From: Octopus vulgaris
Taxonomy: Eukaryota
Assembly (NCBI GenBank): GCA_951406725.2
Contig: OX597817.1
Span: 13,330,001-13,394,000 of the forward strand
Direction: 5' to 3'
DNA length: 64,000 nt
Part shown: positions 13,170 through 26,036 of the stretch, in pieces
How positions within the stretch are numbered: position 1 is the first letter of the stretch
How the letters are laid out: each line of letters starts with the position of its first letter
The notes under the pieces: generated by a model
Databases searched by the model: none
Told to the model about the DNA's origin: nothing
The model's input: only the letters and a program-made list of their open reading frames with translations
Program-made: the position numbers and the translations under genes

Positions 13170-13740
13170 TAAAAATGATACACTCAAGAGATTCCCAAGA
13201 ATTCATTTAAAAACAGTTCCAATCACTGCTATAATCCATAACGAGTCGCTTTTAGGTTACTTGACCATTTAACATCCTACTACATTCCTTTCTTATTCTC
13301 CCTTATCTTTCTCCTTCTTCTTCTTCTTCTTCTTCTTCTTCTTCTTCTTCTTCTTCTTCTTCTTCTTCTTCTTCTTCTTCTTCTTCTTCTTCTTCTTCTT
13401 CTTCTTCTTCTTCTTCTTCTTCTTCTTCTTCTTCTTCTTCTTCCTTTCCGCCACCTCCTTCCTAACTTTACCACTATGACTCTTCAGAATAACACCTACG
13501 CTACGCAAATTTTATAAACAATACATTCAAAAGAGATACCTCAAGAATTCAATCACTACTACCATCCGCAACAAGTCACTTTCAGGGCACTTGATCATTT
13601 AACATCCTTCTACTATCATGGCACTCCCGCATTCTTCTTCTTCTTCTTCTTCTTCTTTTTCTTCTTCTTCTTCTTCTTCTTCTTCTTCTTCTTCTTCTTC
13701 TTCTTCTTCTTCTTCTTCTTCTTCTTCTTCCCTGCTAAGA
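13170..13740 (+). repeat. Diverged tandem duplication, each unit ending in (TTC)n
   Basis: caagaattca..caatcact..gtc.ctt...acttga.catttaacatcct repeated at ~13190 and ~13540; (TTC)n at 13314-13444 and 13632-13730. Confidence 0.7.
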
Positions 13741-14181
13741 ATTCCCAACGATCTCGAACCCACAAGAATTAAAAAAAGAGAGACAGAGACAAGCAGAAAC
13801 AAGGAAAATGCCCCTTGTATTTGAATACTACCCTCCTTCTCCCTTCATCGATACCCCACACCTCACCCTCACATCCCCACAATCCAACACCGCCACACTA
13901 CACCACACACCACCTCACCACATCACACCACCCCGCACACAGTAGCACTGACCACTTCCCAGCACCCACGCTTTCATCCACACGCATACACTTACACACT
14001 CTCCCATAACACTCTCCCATACACACACGCACGCACGCACACTGTTTGGGGTCATAATACTTTATTATCTCTCCTTCTTCTAGCTCTCCTATCTAACTAT
14101 CTTTGTCCAGCCAGTCGCCATGATTGACTGCTAACTGTAAAAGTTTTTTTTATATTCTCTCTCTGTTTATTTCCTCGTGTT

Positions 14182-14220
14182 GTTTTCTGTTGAAGAGCGT
14201 AGGCTCGAAACGTGAAAGAC
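14182..14220 (+). ncRNA. Minimal hammerhead-like motif (variant core CUGUUGA, GUG triplet) in PLE terminal repeat
   Basis: gtttt CTGTTGA a gagc gtag gctc GAAA cg TG aaagac. Confidence 0.6.
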
Positions 14221-14344
14221 TTCTCACCTTCCCATCTGCTTGTTGTTTATACACTTGTCTTCGTCTTTTGTTTTTCCGTGTGTGTGTGTGTGTGTGTGTA
14301 TACATACATACATGCATACATACATACATACATACATACATACA

Positions 14345-14405
<61 letters not shown>

Positions 14406-14407
<2 letters not shown>

Positions 14408-14631
14408 GCGGCGAGCTGGCTGAAACGTTAGCGCGCCGGACGAGATGCTTAGCCGTATTTCGTCTGTCGTTACGTTCTGAGTTCAAATTCCGCCGGGGTC
14501 GACTTTGCCATTCATCCTCTCGGGGTCGATAAATAAAGTACCAGTTTCGCACTGGGTCGATATAATCGACTTAATCCGTTTGTCTGTTCTTGTTTGTCCC
14601 CTCTATGTTTAGGCTCTTGTGGGCAGTAAAG

Positions 14632-14635
<4 letters not shown>
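14406..14635 (+). mobile_element. SINE family B, tail 1, inserted in (TA)n
   Basis: Full head to gtaaagaaata; (TA)n on both sides. Confidence 0.9.
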
Positions 14636-14660
<25 letters not shown>

Positions 14661-14662
<2 letters not shown>

Positions 14663-14872
14663 ACGGGAAGCTTTACGAAAATAAACAAAAGACGAAGGCA
14701 GGTGGAGTACAAACAAACAATTGTATTAGTATGGCGCTCAGGAAAGAAATAAAACAAGTCTTTTACGTTTCGAGCCTACGCTCTTCAACAGAAAGATACA
14801 CAGAAAAGAAACACGGAGAGAAACAAGGAGAGAAAAAAAATGCGTGCAGGAGCTAACGATTCAACATGGCGG
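14661..14872 (-). mobile_element. PLE terminal-repeat fragment with hammerhead motif (14759-14796)
   Basis: Minus: tcttt CTGTTGA a gagc gtag gctc GAAA cg TA aaaga, then pyrimidine-rich tail into (TA)n; related to 14150-14280. Confidence 0.7.
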
Positions 14873-14932
14873 TATATATATAAGACCAAAAAGGGTACGG
14901 GCGTCGCTATATATATATGTATATGTTAAAAA

Positions 14933-15137
14933 ATACAAACTGGGACAAGAACGCAAAACATTTAGAAGACGATACAAAAAACACGGACGAGACATTCGAA
15001 GCCTTCAATCTTCAGAAGATTAATCAGCCGAAATTGCGAGGATGATCCGGTTCTTGACTGAAGATTGAAGGCTTCGAATGTCCCGACCATGTTTTTTGTA
15101 TCGTCTTCGAAATGTTTTGCGTTCTTGTCCCAGTTTG

Positions 15138-15140
<3 letters not shown>
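14933..15140. repeat. Fold-back inverted repeat (83-bp arms) between (TA)n tracts
   Basis: atacaaactgggacaagaacgc...cttcag (14933-15015) pairs with ctgaag...cccagtttgtat (15058-15140). Confidence 0.9.
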
Positions 15141-15172
<32 letters not shown>

Positions 15173-15174
15173 AT

Positions 15175-17634
15175 CTACATACCTCACCCTACTTCGTTAA
15201 TTGGTTCCAGGAGACACGACTTAAGTCGAATTAACTTGTCTCTAGGATAGGCTAGACCGAATTTACTTGTTTCTAGGCTAAACCGATAATAACCATTCCC
15301 AGTTCTCTACTTTATTTATGAATGCATTTTCAATAATACACGGTTAAAAAAATCTTATTTTAAGCTTACAAAACAAATAATTTTTATTTTTTAATACAGT
15401 AAAGTAAAAAAAAATAATCTAAATTTACGAATTCAATTTGGCAGTGTTTACCGTACATCGCGGACGCTTTATTTATGAATGCAGTTTGAAATAAGACATG
15501 GTAAAATAAAAGCCTTTTTTTAAACTTGAAAAACAAATTCAGTTATTATTATTATTTTGCAATAGTAAAAAAAAAATAAATTATTTTAAATTTACCAATA
15601 CGTACATAGTTTAGTGGTTTACATCGCAGATGTGGATGTCTGTGTATCGTCAACATCAATAGCTGACTCTGGTTGTTCTTGTTGTTCGATGCGCTTAAAA
15701 AAATAGTTGAGAATTCCTTGAACTGTCTTCTTTTTCTTTTCCTCAAAGATTACTTTATAAGAAGCATAAGATTCGTGATAAGCCCCCATAAACTTAGAAA
15801 AGCGTTGAGCATTTGGATCCGTATCCTCGAACATAGAAAGACCTTTTTTCGATATATGCAAATGCTTGCTGCATGTTCTTAATGGTAAATGACGTGGCTC
15901 AGGTTTGACTTCCTCTTCTTTATCTTGCTGCTCCTGAAACTCTATCAAATCCTCGTTCGTCAGGGGCTGCTGGTCTTTTTCAAATAAATCTGTGAAATTC
16001 TCCTCCTCTAAATCCATTTCCAGTTCTTTGCTCGTAGTCACCAACGTTTTGTTGATGGCAACACTATCAAACCCCTTAAAATCATTCACGAATTACAGAC
16101 ATAGCTTCTTCCATACACCATTCATAGCTGTGCTCTGTTCATCATTCCATGCCGCTGCTATGTTCTGTATATCCTTGTAGATATCGTATCCCTTCCAAAA
16201 GTCACGAAGTGTGATGGACTCATCAAGATCAGTCGCAGCTATTGTTTGCCGCAGCGTTCGCTTCATATAGTAATGCTTTAAGATAACAATTATTCCCTGA
16301 TCTATTGGCTGCAGAAGAGACGTGGTGTTCGGAGGGAGGTATACGACGGTAACGTTGAGATCAAAATCTACGATGTTTTGCGGGTGACCCGGAGCATTAT
16401 CTAAGATAAGTAAAACCTTAAAAGGAATTCCTTTCTCCTTGCAGTACTTCTCTGCTGCTGGGATAAAATGATTGAAGAACCAATCTTCAAAAACAACAAC
16501 AGTAACCCATGCTTTTGAATTAACCATCCATATAACAGGGAGAGATGCCTTGGGTATCTTCTCCAGGGAAATGAATGAACGGTCTGGCAATTTTTTCCAC
16601 TACAATCCAGTTTCGTCAACGTTAAAAATCTGTTCGGGAAGAAACCCGTTTTCTTCAATGATTTTCTTTAATAAATTAGGAAATTCCGCTGCTGCTTGTT
16701 CGTCAGCTGATGCACTTTCACCTTGCTTCTTAATGGAGTGATAACTTCTTCGCTCCTTAAATCTCGTGAACCATCCTTGACTTGCCTTGAACTCTACCTC
16801 TTTCTCATCTGGATATTTTTTCTTCAGGTTCTTAAACAAAGACAACGCTTTCTCTTGAATGATTTCTTGACTAATAGTAGCACGCTGACGATTCAGCCTA
16901 ACAATCCAAAGAGAAAGAAGACTTTCCATTTCTTCAAAGATTTTGCCTCTTTTCTTATTGATGACAATGTTCTTCATCCCTGGGGTTTCAGATTTGATAT
17001 GTACTAAAATCTTGTCCTTATTATGTACAATTGTCGATACAGTTGTCCGACTCATCTCAAAAGATCGTACAATTGCCACCACTTTTTCATGGCGTTTTAT
17101 CACAGCCAGTTTATCTTCCAGCACTATAGCATGACGCTTAGCACTTTCACTATAAATCTTCTTAGGAGTCACGGGGGCAAAAAATAAAGTCACAAATGCA
17201 TGAGAATAATAAAGTAGTCGATAAACAGACGTAAACAAATCTGAATTAAAAACAATCGCGGGAATCACGAGTGACAACGATTCCTAACGGTAGATATTGG
17301 AACTACAGAGTAATATGAGCTCTGAAAGACCGATAATGAATACAACTCATCTGATTTCAAGATTTCGTTCACTAAGCTACACTACTTTATGGTGTGTAGC
17401 TTAACATTTACTGTACGTATTTTAAGATGGTTTTATACACTTTTATTCTTATTTATAGGACAGTAATATGATTTTATGTTCTTTTAACGGTTTTCTGATG
17501 ATTTTACGATTCCAATATTTGTGACGGACAGACGTAAAGACGAATAAAATAACTTAATTTGATTTTTATTTTTGAAAACCGACGTATAATCGAGAACGAC
17601 TTAAATCGAAACAACTTAAGCTGATGTATGCCTG
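15175..17634 (-). mobile_element. pogo/Tigger DNA transposon, decayed
   Basis: Right end TA+CAGGCATACATC on minus (Tigger-type TIR); degenerate left end ..catacctc; transposase remnants inside. Confidence 0.85.
15619..17180 (-). pseudogene. Tigger transposase pseudogene (HTH-psq, CENP-B HTH, DDE_1)
   Basis: FKASQGWFTRFK, IFNVDETGL, NSKAWVT, LLILDNAPGHP, YLPPNTTSLLQPIDQGII; stops near 16600 and 16093 and an apparent internal deletion. Confidence 0.9.
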
Positions 17635-17651
17635 TATATACATATATGCGT

Positions 17652-17980
<329 letters not shown>

Positions 17981-17982
17981 TA

Positions 17983-18351
17983 GTGGAAGCACTCCGTCGG
18001 TTACGACGACGAGGGTTCCGGTTGATCCGAATCAATAGAACAGCCTGCTCGTGAAATTAACGTGTAAGTGGCTGAGCACTCCACAGACACGTGTACCCTT
18101 AACGCAGTTCTCGGGGATATTCAGCGTGACACAGAGAGTGACAAGGCCGGCCCTTTGAAATACAGGTACAACAGAAACAGGAAGTAAGAGTGAGAGAGAG
18201 TTGTGGTGAAAGAGTACAACAGGGATCACCACCATCCCCTGCCGGAGCCTCGTGGAGCTTTAGGTGTTTTCGCTCAATAAACACTCACAACGCCCGGTCT
18301 GGGAATCGAAACCGCGATCCTATGACCGCGAGTCCGCTGCCCTAACCACTG
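17983..18351 (-). mobile_element. SINE family C
   Basis: Minus head CAGTGGTTAGGGCAGCGGACTCGCGGTC..GGTTTCGATTCCC; tail CTCGTCGTCGTAACCGACGGAGTGCTTCCAC. Confidence 0.9.
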
Positions 18352-18977
18352 AGATAGATATAAGCGGCTGCCACTAACCACTGTATTGCCAACGCCAAGA
18401 TAGTCATCTTTATGACTAAGGGCTCATCGTATAAGCTCGCGATATCTAAGTTTAAAAAAACGTTTATGTGACGACCAAATTTAGAGCCTGAGATGTTTAA
18501 ATCCAGAGCATTTCATTAACCCAGAATGCAAATGGCTTTAGTCAGATGCAAAATATTGAATAATTAGTTCAAAGGTAGCACTTCCGGTGCTCATCAGCTC
18601 GACAGTTTCCGCAAGTAGAATTACAATCTCCATTAATTTACAGAAGTGTGAAGAATTCTATTTTTACGGCTTTGATATATTGTTTATATTATAGACGCAG
18701 CCGAGAAACCGGCATGTGTGCCATTTAGCATTTTAGTTACGAAGATCAAGAAACTGGATGTCGTCGTTTTATCACCTAATCTAATAGTTGTTCGTAGTTT
18801 CATTTCCGGTGCTGCAGTCGACCGGTTTGATAATGTTGTACGTTTCCCTATCTGTCTACCTATCAGTCGATCTGTCTGCCTGTCTGTCTGCGTCTTCCTC
18901 TCCCTCTTTACTTCCCTCTCTTTAACTATCGTTCTCTATAGTTCGTATACAGCTGTTACCACGAATACTCTGTACTC

Positions 18978-19021
<44 letters not shown>

Positions 19022-19212
19022 GTTTCAAATTTTGCCACAAGGGCAACAATTTGGGAAGAGGGGGATGCGTCGATTACATCAATCCCAGTGTTCAACTGGT
19101 ACTTATTTTATCGACCCCGAAAGGATGAAAGGCAAAGTCGACCGCGGCAGAATTTGAACTCAGAACGTAGCGATGGGCCGGCGTGCTAACGATTCTGCCG
19201 GCTCGCCGCCTT
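19022..19212 (-). mobile_element. SINE family B, tail 2, flanked by (AAT)n and (GAT)n
   Basis: Core and head recognisable. Confidence 0.85.
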
Positions 19213-19213
19213 A

Positions 19214-19275
<62 letters not shown>

Positions 19276-19279
19276 AATG

Positions 19280-19337
<58 letters not shown>

Positions 19338-19342
19338 TAATA

Positions 19343-19903
19343 TTAAATGCCCTGATGCAGTACCAGGCAGTGGCTCTCGTGGCTTCTGATCTTAACTGAT
19401 TGGAAGTGTTATCATGTACATTGTTTTGTCTTGATATAAAAGATGAACTACAGCAAATATTCTGCTCAATACCACAAATTTGCTTGCCAGTTGTTTGACC
19501 TTAACCAGTTGACCATGTCCCTTAGTGGCTGACGATATGTGCATCTCTGATCATGAGCAGAAGTAGTGGGGGAGCATCAATAGCCATGTGTTGAGAGGAA
19601 TTCTTTGGGGTTTGAATAATTCACCTCTGGAAACATGGGTGGTTCTTTCAACATCCTTAAACAACCCTTATTCAGGGACCTTTTGAGCGGGATGGGCTAC
19701 TCAACCTGAAGTAAATTCTAACAGGGCCCCACCTGAAAGGTCATGTGCTGTTTATCTTGATATGAGATCACCATGTCGCGCACATATGGTTGTGATGCAT
19801 GTGCTTGGTGTACCCTTATCAGACGGGTAGTCATGATGGGTATATTGGGCTTCGTATATTTTACCCCAGTGTCACTTTGATGGCATGAACTGCTCTCTCA
19901 CTC
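19343..19903. mobile_element. ~560-bp non-coding insert within an (AAT)n tract, probable microsatellite-targeting retroelement end
   Basis: Complex, more GC-rich sequence bounded sharply by (AAT)n at 19275-19341 and 19904-20130. Confidence 0.45.
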
Positions 19904-19915
19904 AATAATAAAAAC

Positions 19916-19972
<57 letters not shown>

Positions 19973-19985
19973 AATAATAATAATG

Positions 19986-20022
<37 letters not shown>

Positions 20023-20023
20023 T

Positions 20024-20068
<45 letters not shown>

Positions 20069-20505
20069 AATAATAATAATAACAACAACAACAATAATAA
20101 TAATAATAATAATAAATGATAATAATGACAATTTATTTCCTGCCAGCTTAACTCGCCTAGCAGTAAATAGGTAACCTGTTCATGTTTAGAAGAGATTCCT
20201 TACTCTGACCAGTGAAGGAACACACTGCATTATTAACGTGTGAGTCATTAGCTTCAGGACAGATTACTTAACGTGCAAGAAAGAGGAAACAATCAAACTC
20301 TCCGATATATTTCTTTCTTAAACGAGTATATTCAACAAGGTCACGGACAATTCAGTGTATCTGTACCATTCTCAGACAAATTGGGCCCCATTGGCTTTTG
20401 TATCCGAGGGTTGTAGCTTGCTTGACATGGTAGATTGTTATAGCAACCAAACATTCCTAAAATGACATAGTCCAATCCTGAAAAGGTGAAGGTACGTGGC
20501 TTAGT

Positions 20506-20730
20506 GTCTAGGGTGTTGTACTCACAATCACAAGATCGTGGTTTCGATTCCCAAATATGGCGGTGTGTTGCGTTCTTGAGTAAAACACTTCATTTCCCGT
20601 TGCTCCAGTTCACTCAGCTGTATATAAGTAACCCTGCAACGGACTGGCGTTCTGTTCAGGGGGAAATGTTGTGATCTCGGTTACTTATATTCTATGGAAA
20701 CCTGGTAACTGGACTTGTGAGTCCTAGAAC
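20506..20730 (+). mobile_element. SINE family D
   Basis: gtgaaggtacgtggcttagtg..ttgcgttcttgagtaaaacacttc..cctgcaacggactggcg. Confidence 0.75.
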
Positions 20731-21561
20731 CCGATGGCAGTAATGTCTGGGGGATTTACATTTTACTATCACAAAAGGGAGGGACACACTGGATAATGTA
20801 GTTCTCGATACGAAGTGCTCGAGAGAAGAACTGAAAGGTCGTGGCTTGAATGCCTTTTATCAAAGCTCTTCTCACTTAAAAGTAATTTGAGTCTAAGTAA
20901 CAACAATAAAGAATCTTCCCTCAAATCACAGCCGACTGTTGTAGGAAAGAAAAGAAGACATTGGACAATGTAGTCCACCTTGGAAAGACAGAATAGTCAT
21001 GGCTGGAATGCATTTCACTTATCTGGGACGATCTAATGATCTAACGAAACCGTCCATACATACATACATACATACATACATACATACATACATACATACA
21101 TACATACATACATACATACATACATACATACGTACGTACGTACGTACATATGTAATCTTATTGTCAACAATGATCTGCATTGGACGAACCACATTCCAAA
21201 ATCTTGTGTGAGACATTTGTCAGTGGCTCAACGGCTGTCTATTTGAAGCTATATATGGTTATGATACGTCAGCACTTATAGTTTGCATATCCAGTCTGAA
21301 AACCTTACCTTGTCCAAAATATCTATTTATTGATAGCAGTCATTTTCATTTTTAGTGGTATTAGAAGAATCGAATCACTCTTCAATTATTATAGAGAGAG
21401 ATGAGTTTTACCCAGTCGATACATTCTGAAGACTCCAAGTTTATTGCTGTCTTTTACTTCAGTGATTCTATAAGTCAACTAAAAAATATGCATCAAGTGA
21501 TGTTGTTTATTCCAGATCAACTCTGAAAAAGAAGGCGTTGGTCAAAACATTTTAGATATGT

Positions 21562-21947
21562 GTGGAAGCACTCCGTTCGTTACGACGACGAGGGTTCCGG
21601 TTGATCCGAATCAACGGAACAGCCTGCTCGTGAAATTAACGTGTAAGTGACTGAACACTCCACAGACACGTGTACCTTTAACATAGTTCTCGGGGATATT
21701 CAGCGTGACACAGAGAGTGACAAGGCCGACCCCTTGAAATACAGGTACAACAGAAACAGGAAGTAAGAGTGAGAGAAAGTTGTGGTGAAAGAGTACAGCA
21801 GGGATCACCACCATCTCCTGCCGGAGCCTCGCGGAGCTTTAGGTGTTTTCGCTCAATAAACACTCACAACGCCCGGTCTGGGAATCGAAACCGCGATTCT
21901 ATGACCGCGAGTCCGCTGCCCTAACCACTGTGCCATTGCGCCTCCAC
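21562..21947 (-). mobile_element. SINE family C, full length
   Basis: Near-identical to the 17983 copy, with complete 5' end GTGGAGGCGCAATGGC. Confidence 0.9.
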
Positions 21948-22897
21948 TATCTTAGCTATGACCAACTATAAAGATTAAGTTATTCAATATTTCCTTCTTT
22001 AAGGTGGTTGACTGGGATATGAAAAAGATTTAGCAGCTGTTACATACAACTCTGCCTTCCGTGTAGAGCTGAGCGGCCCTCGTTAGCCCAATTTAGGTTG
22101 GCTTTCTTAGCTTTGTTTATTTGTCAGTTCAGAACTTAACACTTGTACTATAATTTTCTGTATGTAATATAAATCCATTCATATTTTGTTTTTTATTTTA
22201 TATTGTTGTGTTGCCAAAGAGTGGGTCAATGAACGCCACATCTTTGGCAATAGTGTCTCAATTCTTCTCCACGCTTTCCTTTCACTCCTATGATACTTCT
22301 TTTAGAATAAAAAACAAATTTTGTTTTTCTCGGCCGAGTTGCAAGCTTTGTCAAGTAAGCGAAAGATACAAAGTAATTTTGTTTACAAATGGCAAAATAG
22401 ATCTAGTTTAAAAAGAATAGCGTAAAAAACTATCCCAAAACAAACTTCATTTCTCGGTTCTAGGTATTACATTTTACTCAAAGCCAATGTCCTATTGAAA
22501 AGCATAGACGTCATAACATTACAGTTTTCTAATTTCTGATAAATATTTTACTGTACTACCAAAGTATTTCAAATCGACAGACTTGATTCTTTATCTTATC
22601 ACCCTTTCCAAACAACCTAAATGTTTTCAGAAACGTTATATAATAACAATTGACAGTGTTAAATATCACCTACATCTTTCCCTCGTGCTTTTGTCCTTAC
22701 GAAACATGGTTCGTATCAATTCCATCAGCTCAAGAGTACATGTATGTTTATTGTTTCAAGAAATCTCGGATGGCACAAACTACGAATAAAAATATAGAAA
22801 TCCAAAAATCTTCCTTTGATTCTAAAATAAGCTAAACTGATTTGGCCCATTGGGAGGCCGGATTGTAGGATACACTGAAGTGGTGCATTGTTCTTTC

Positions 22898-23232
22898 CGG
22901 GCGCAGCATAACCGAATGGTTAAGAAGTTCGCTTCCCAACCACGAGATCCCGGGTTCGGTTCCATAGTGTGGAATTAGGGCAAGTGTCTTTTCCCATTAC
23001 CTCAGGTTGATTCTAGCTTTATGAGTAGATTTAGATAAACAGAAGCTAAAGATGGATTGTACTTGTAGTTCAAGAGTCCAGCCTTGATACACATCTAACG
23101 CATTGATTACACCTAACAATTACGTTAATGGTACATAAATCTGTGGAATACTCAACCACTTACACGTTAATTCAATGAGCAGGTAATTCAATTGATCAGA
23201 CAATGGAATCCTCGTCGTCGAAACCGACAGAG
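22898..23232 (+). mobile_element. Chimeric SINE: family A head + family C tail (old)
   Basis: gggcaagtgtctt...gtagatttagataaacagaagcta (A) joined to ccacttacacgttaattc...cctcgtcgtcgaaaccgac (C). Confidence 0.7.
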
Positions 23233-23310
23233 ATGAATTTGCTTCTTTCGTTTTTCTATTGTTCTTTCTTTAGAAAAACGAGTTATTGGTCTTAATACTG
23301 AGACCGAACA

Positions 23311-23737
23311 AGGCGGCGAGCTGGCAGAAACGTTAGCACGCCGGGCGAAATGCTTAGCGGTATTTCATCTGCCGTTACCTTCTGAGTTCAAATTCCGCCG
23401 AGGTCGACTTTGCCTTTCATCCTTTCGGGGTCGATAAATTAAGGACCAGTTACGCATTGGAGTCGATATAATCGACTTAATCCGTTTGTCTGTCCTTGTT
23501 TGTTCCCCCTGTATGTAGCCCCTTGTGGACAGTAAAGAAATAAAAAACGTTAGCACGCCGGGCGAAATGCTTAGCGGTATTTCGTCAGCCGTTACGTTCT
23601 GAGTTCAAATTCCGCCGAGGTTGACATTGCCTGTCATCCTTTCGAGATAAATTAAGTACCAGTTGCGTACTGGTCAACCTAATCGATTGGTTCCCCCTCC
23701 CCTCAAAATTTCGGGCCTTGTGCCTAGAGTAGAAAAG
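23311..23737 (+). mobile_element. SINE family B dimer (tail 1 then tail 2)
   Basis: Two cores; TSD aatactgagaccgaaca/aatactaagactgaaca flanks the whole dimer. Confidence 0.9.
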
Positions 23738-24232
23738 AATACTAAGACTGAACATCATCCGGTAGGGTATATTTCAAGTTAATTAAGCACAGTTACCCGG
23801 TGAAGTATGACATTCGTTTTTCAGTCATCATTATATGTAGAATTCTGACAAAATTATTTGAAAACTAATATTGGAAAAGTAAAATTACAAACCAAAAAGG
23901 AAAGGGTGGTAGCTTCTAACAATGCAATGAGGAAAGTTGAATAATTTTTACATATTTTGGGCTCGTTCGGTAATTTAAACGGCAGGATGTACACTAATTC
24001 ACATTTCTTAATCGTTTGATGATTTTAGAAAATTTATGGTCAATTGAGTAAGACGGCAACTTAGAAAGAGTCGTTTGAAGTCAGATAGAATGTTTTGGTA
24101 GCATTTGTTCCTTTTCCCTGCACTCTGAGTTCGAGTCCGCCAAGGTCAACTTTAGTATTATCACTTTGGAGTCAAGTTCTTCACTAGTGGAGCGTACGAG
24201 CCAAGCATTTGGTACAAGTGAAGGAAGATTCT

Positions 24233-24302
<70 letters not shown>

Positions 24303-24619
24303 ACTATTTTATGAACAGTAATATAGAGTTTGTGAAAATAAAAAAAAGATTATGGGCAGCGAAGAACCATCTTTGTGGTCTTCCACAAAATTTCCTTAAG
24401 TACACAATGTTTGGGAGAGAAATCACGAAGGAATCGTTCTTCAATCTGATGGCACAAGGAATGAAAGATGGCTAATCGAATTTTAAGCAGTATGTGATTG
24501 GCAATTATCTTAATTTCTCCGAATAGAATAGATAAATGTCAAACTCATCTCCAGAATTATCTTAATTATTATTACCGTACCTACTCGTATATGTGTCACA
24601 TTCCTAATTTAATATTAAC

Positions 24620-24968
24620 TCTTGGCGACGGACTTTGTAAACACCCACAAAGTTATCAACCACCTCACCAACAACAACACTGAACACCTTTTTGATCTCC
24701 ATGTGTCTAACACACGTGGACATGCCTACAAAGTCAGAAAACAACACAGTTCCCATGACTTTCGGAAACATTTCTTCACGCTCAGAGTTGCTGAAGCATG
24801 GAACAAACTGCCTGCGTCAGTTGTTGACTGCCATGACACTGCATCCTTTAAGGCCCTCATGCTTTCCGAAATCCGCCGAAACTACACCTGATTATATATA
24901 CACTTTAGATGAGTTGTAGTGCACCTGAGCACTGTACACAATTATTATTATTATTATTATTATTATTA
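24620..24968 (+). mobile_element. CR1-type LINE 3' end
   Basis: NTRGHAYKV...RKHFFTLRVAEAWNKLPASVV...FK; (ATT)n tail. Confidence 0.85.
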
Positions 24969-25429
24969 AATTCTTTCGTAGAATTAGCTTCTTTCGTAGT
25001 TTTAGCTTTGTCCCGACTATAACTCGTGCCCCAGTTTTTCTTTTCTTTTTCAGTTAAAATCAAATATAAACTAGTGCGAAAACTACAAGAGAAAATACGA
25101 TATTTGTCTCGTCATTTAATTAGCTACCGAATCTTGTCATGCTAAACTAATTAGAAATATATACTAAACCGACATTGCATGCATAAATGACTGACGTTGC
25201 CAATATTCAAACAGAATATCATTACGTTATTAAAATACTAGAAGGACATTCGGTCTGTTGCAAGGCCATATCTAAATGGATAATGATTGCTTAATTAGGT
25301 CAAATGAATGAAGAATCGTGACTAGGGAGTCAAAGCAAAGTTTGCAATGTGAGATATGTCAAAGAAAAAAAAACAGGGGTAAAATGAAAATGATAATAAA
25401 GAACGGGAATATAATACGCACATGACATT

Positions 25430-25955
<526 letters not shown>

Positions 25956-25981
25956 GTATTATTTTAAGCAGCAGAAAATTC

Positions 25982-26036
25982 AACAAAATCTGTTACTCTG
26001 AGTTTCTCGTTGCCGTTCATCAGACAGTTTTTGCTA
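25982..26036 (-). ncRNA. Type I hammerhead ribozyme motif
   Basis: Minus: tagcaaaaactgt CTGATGA acg gcaa cga GAAA ctc a gag TA acagattttgtt; extended stem I, GUA site. Confidence 0.75.
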
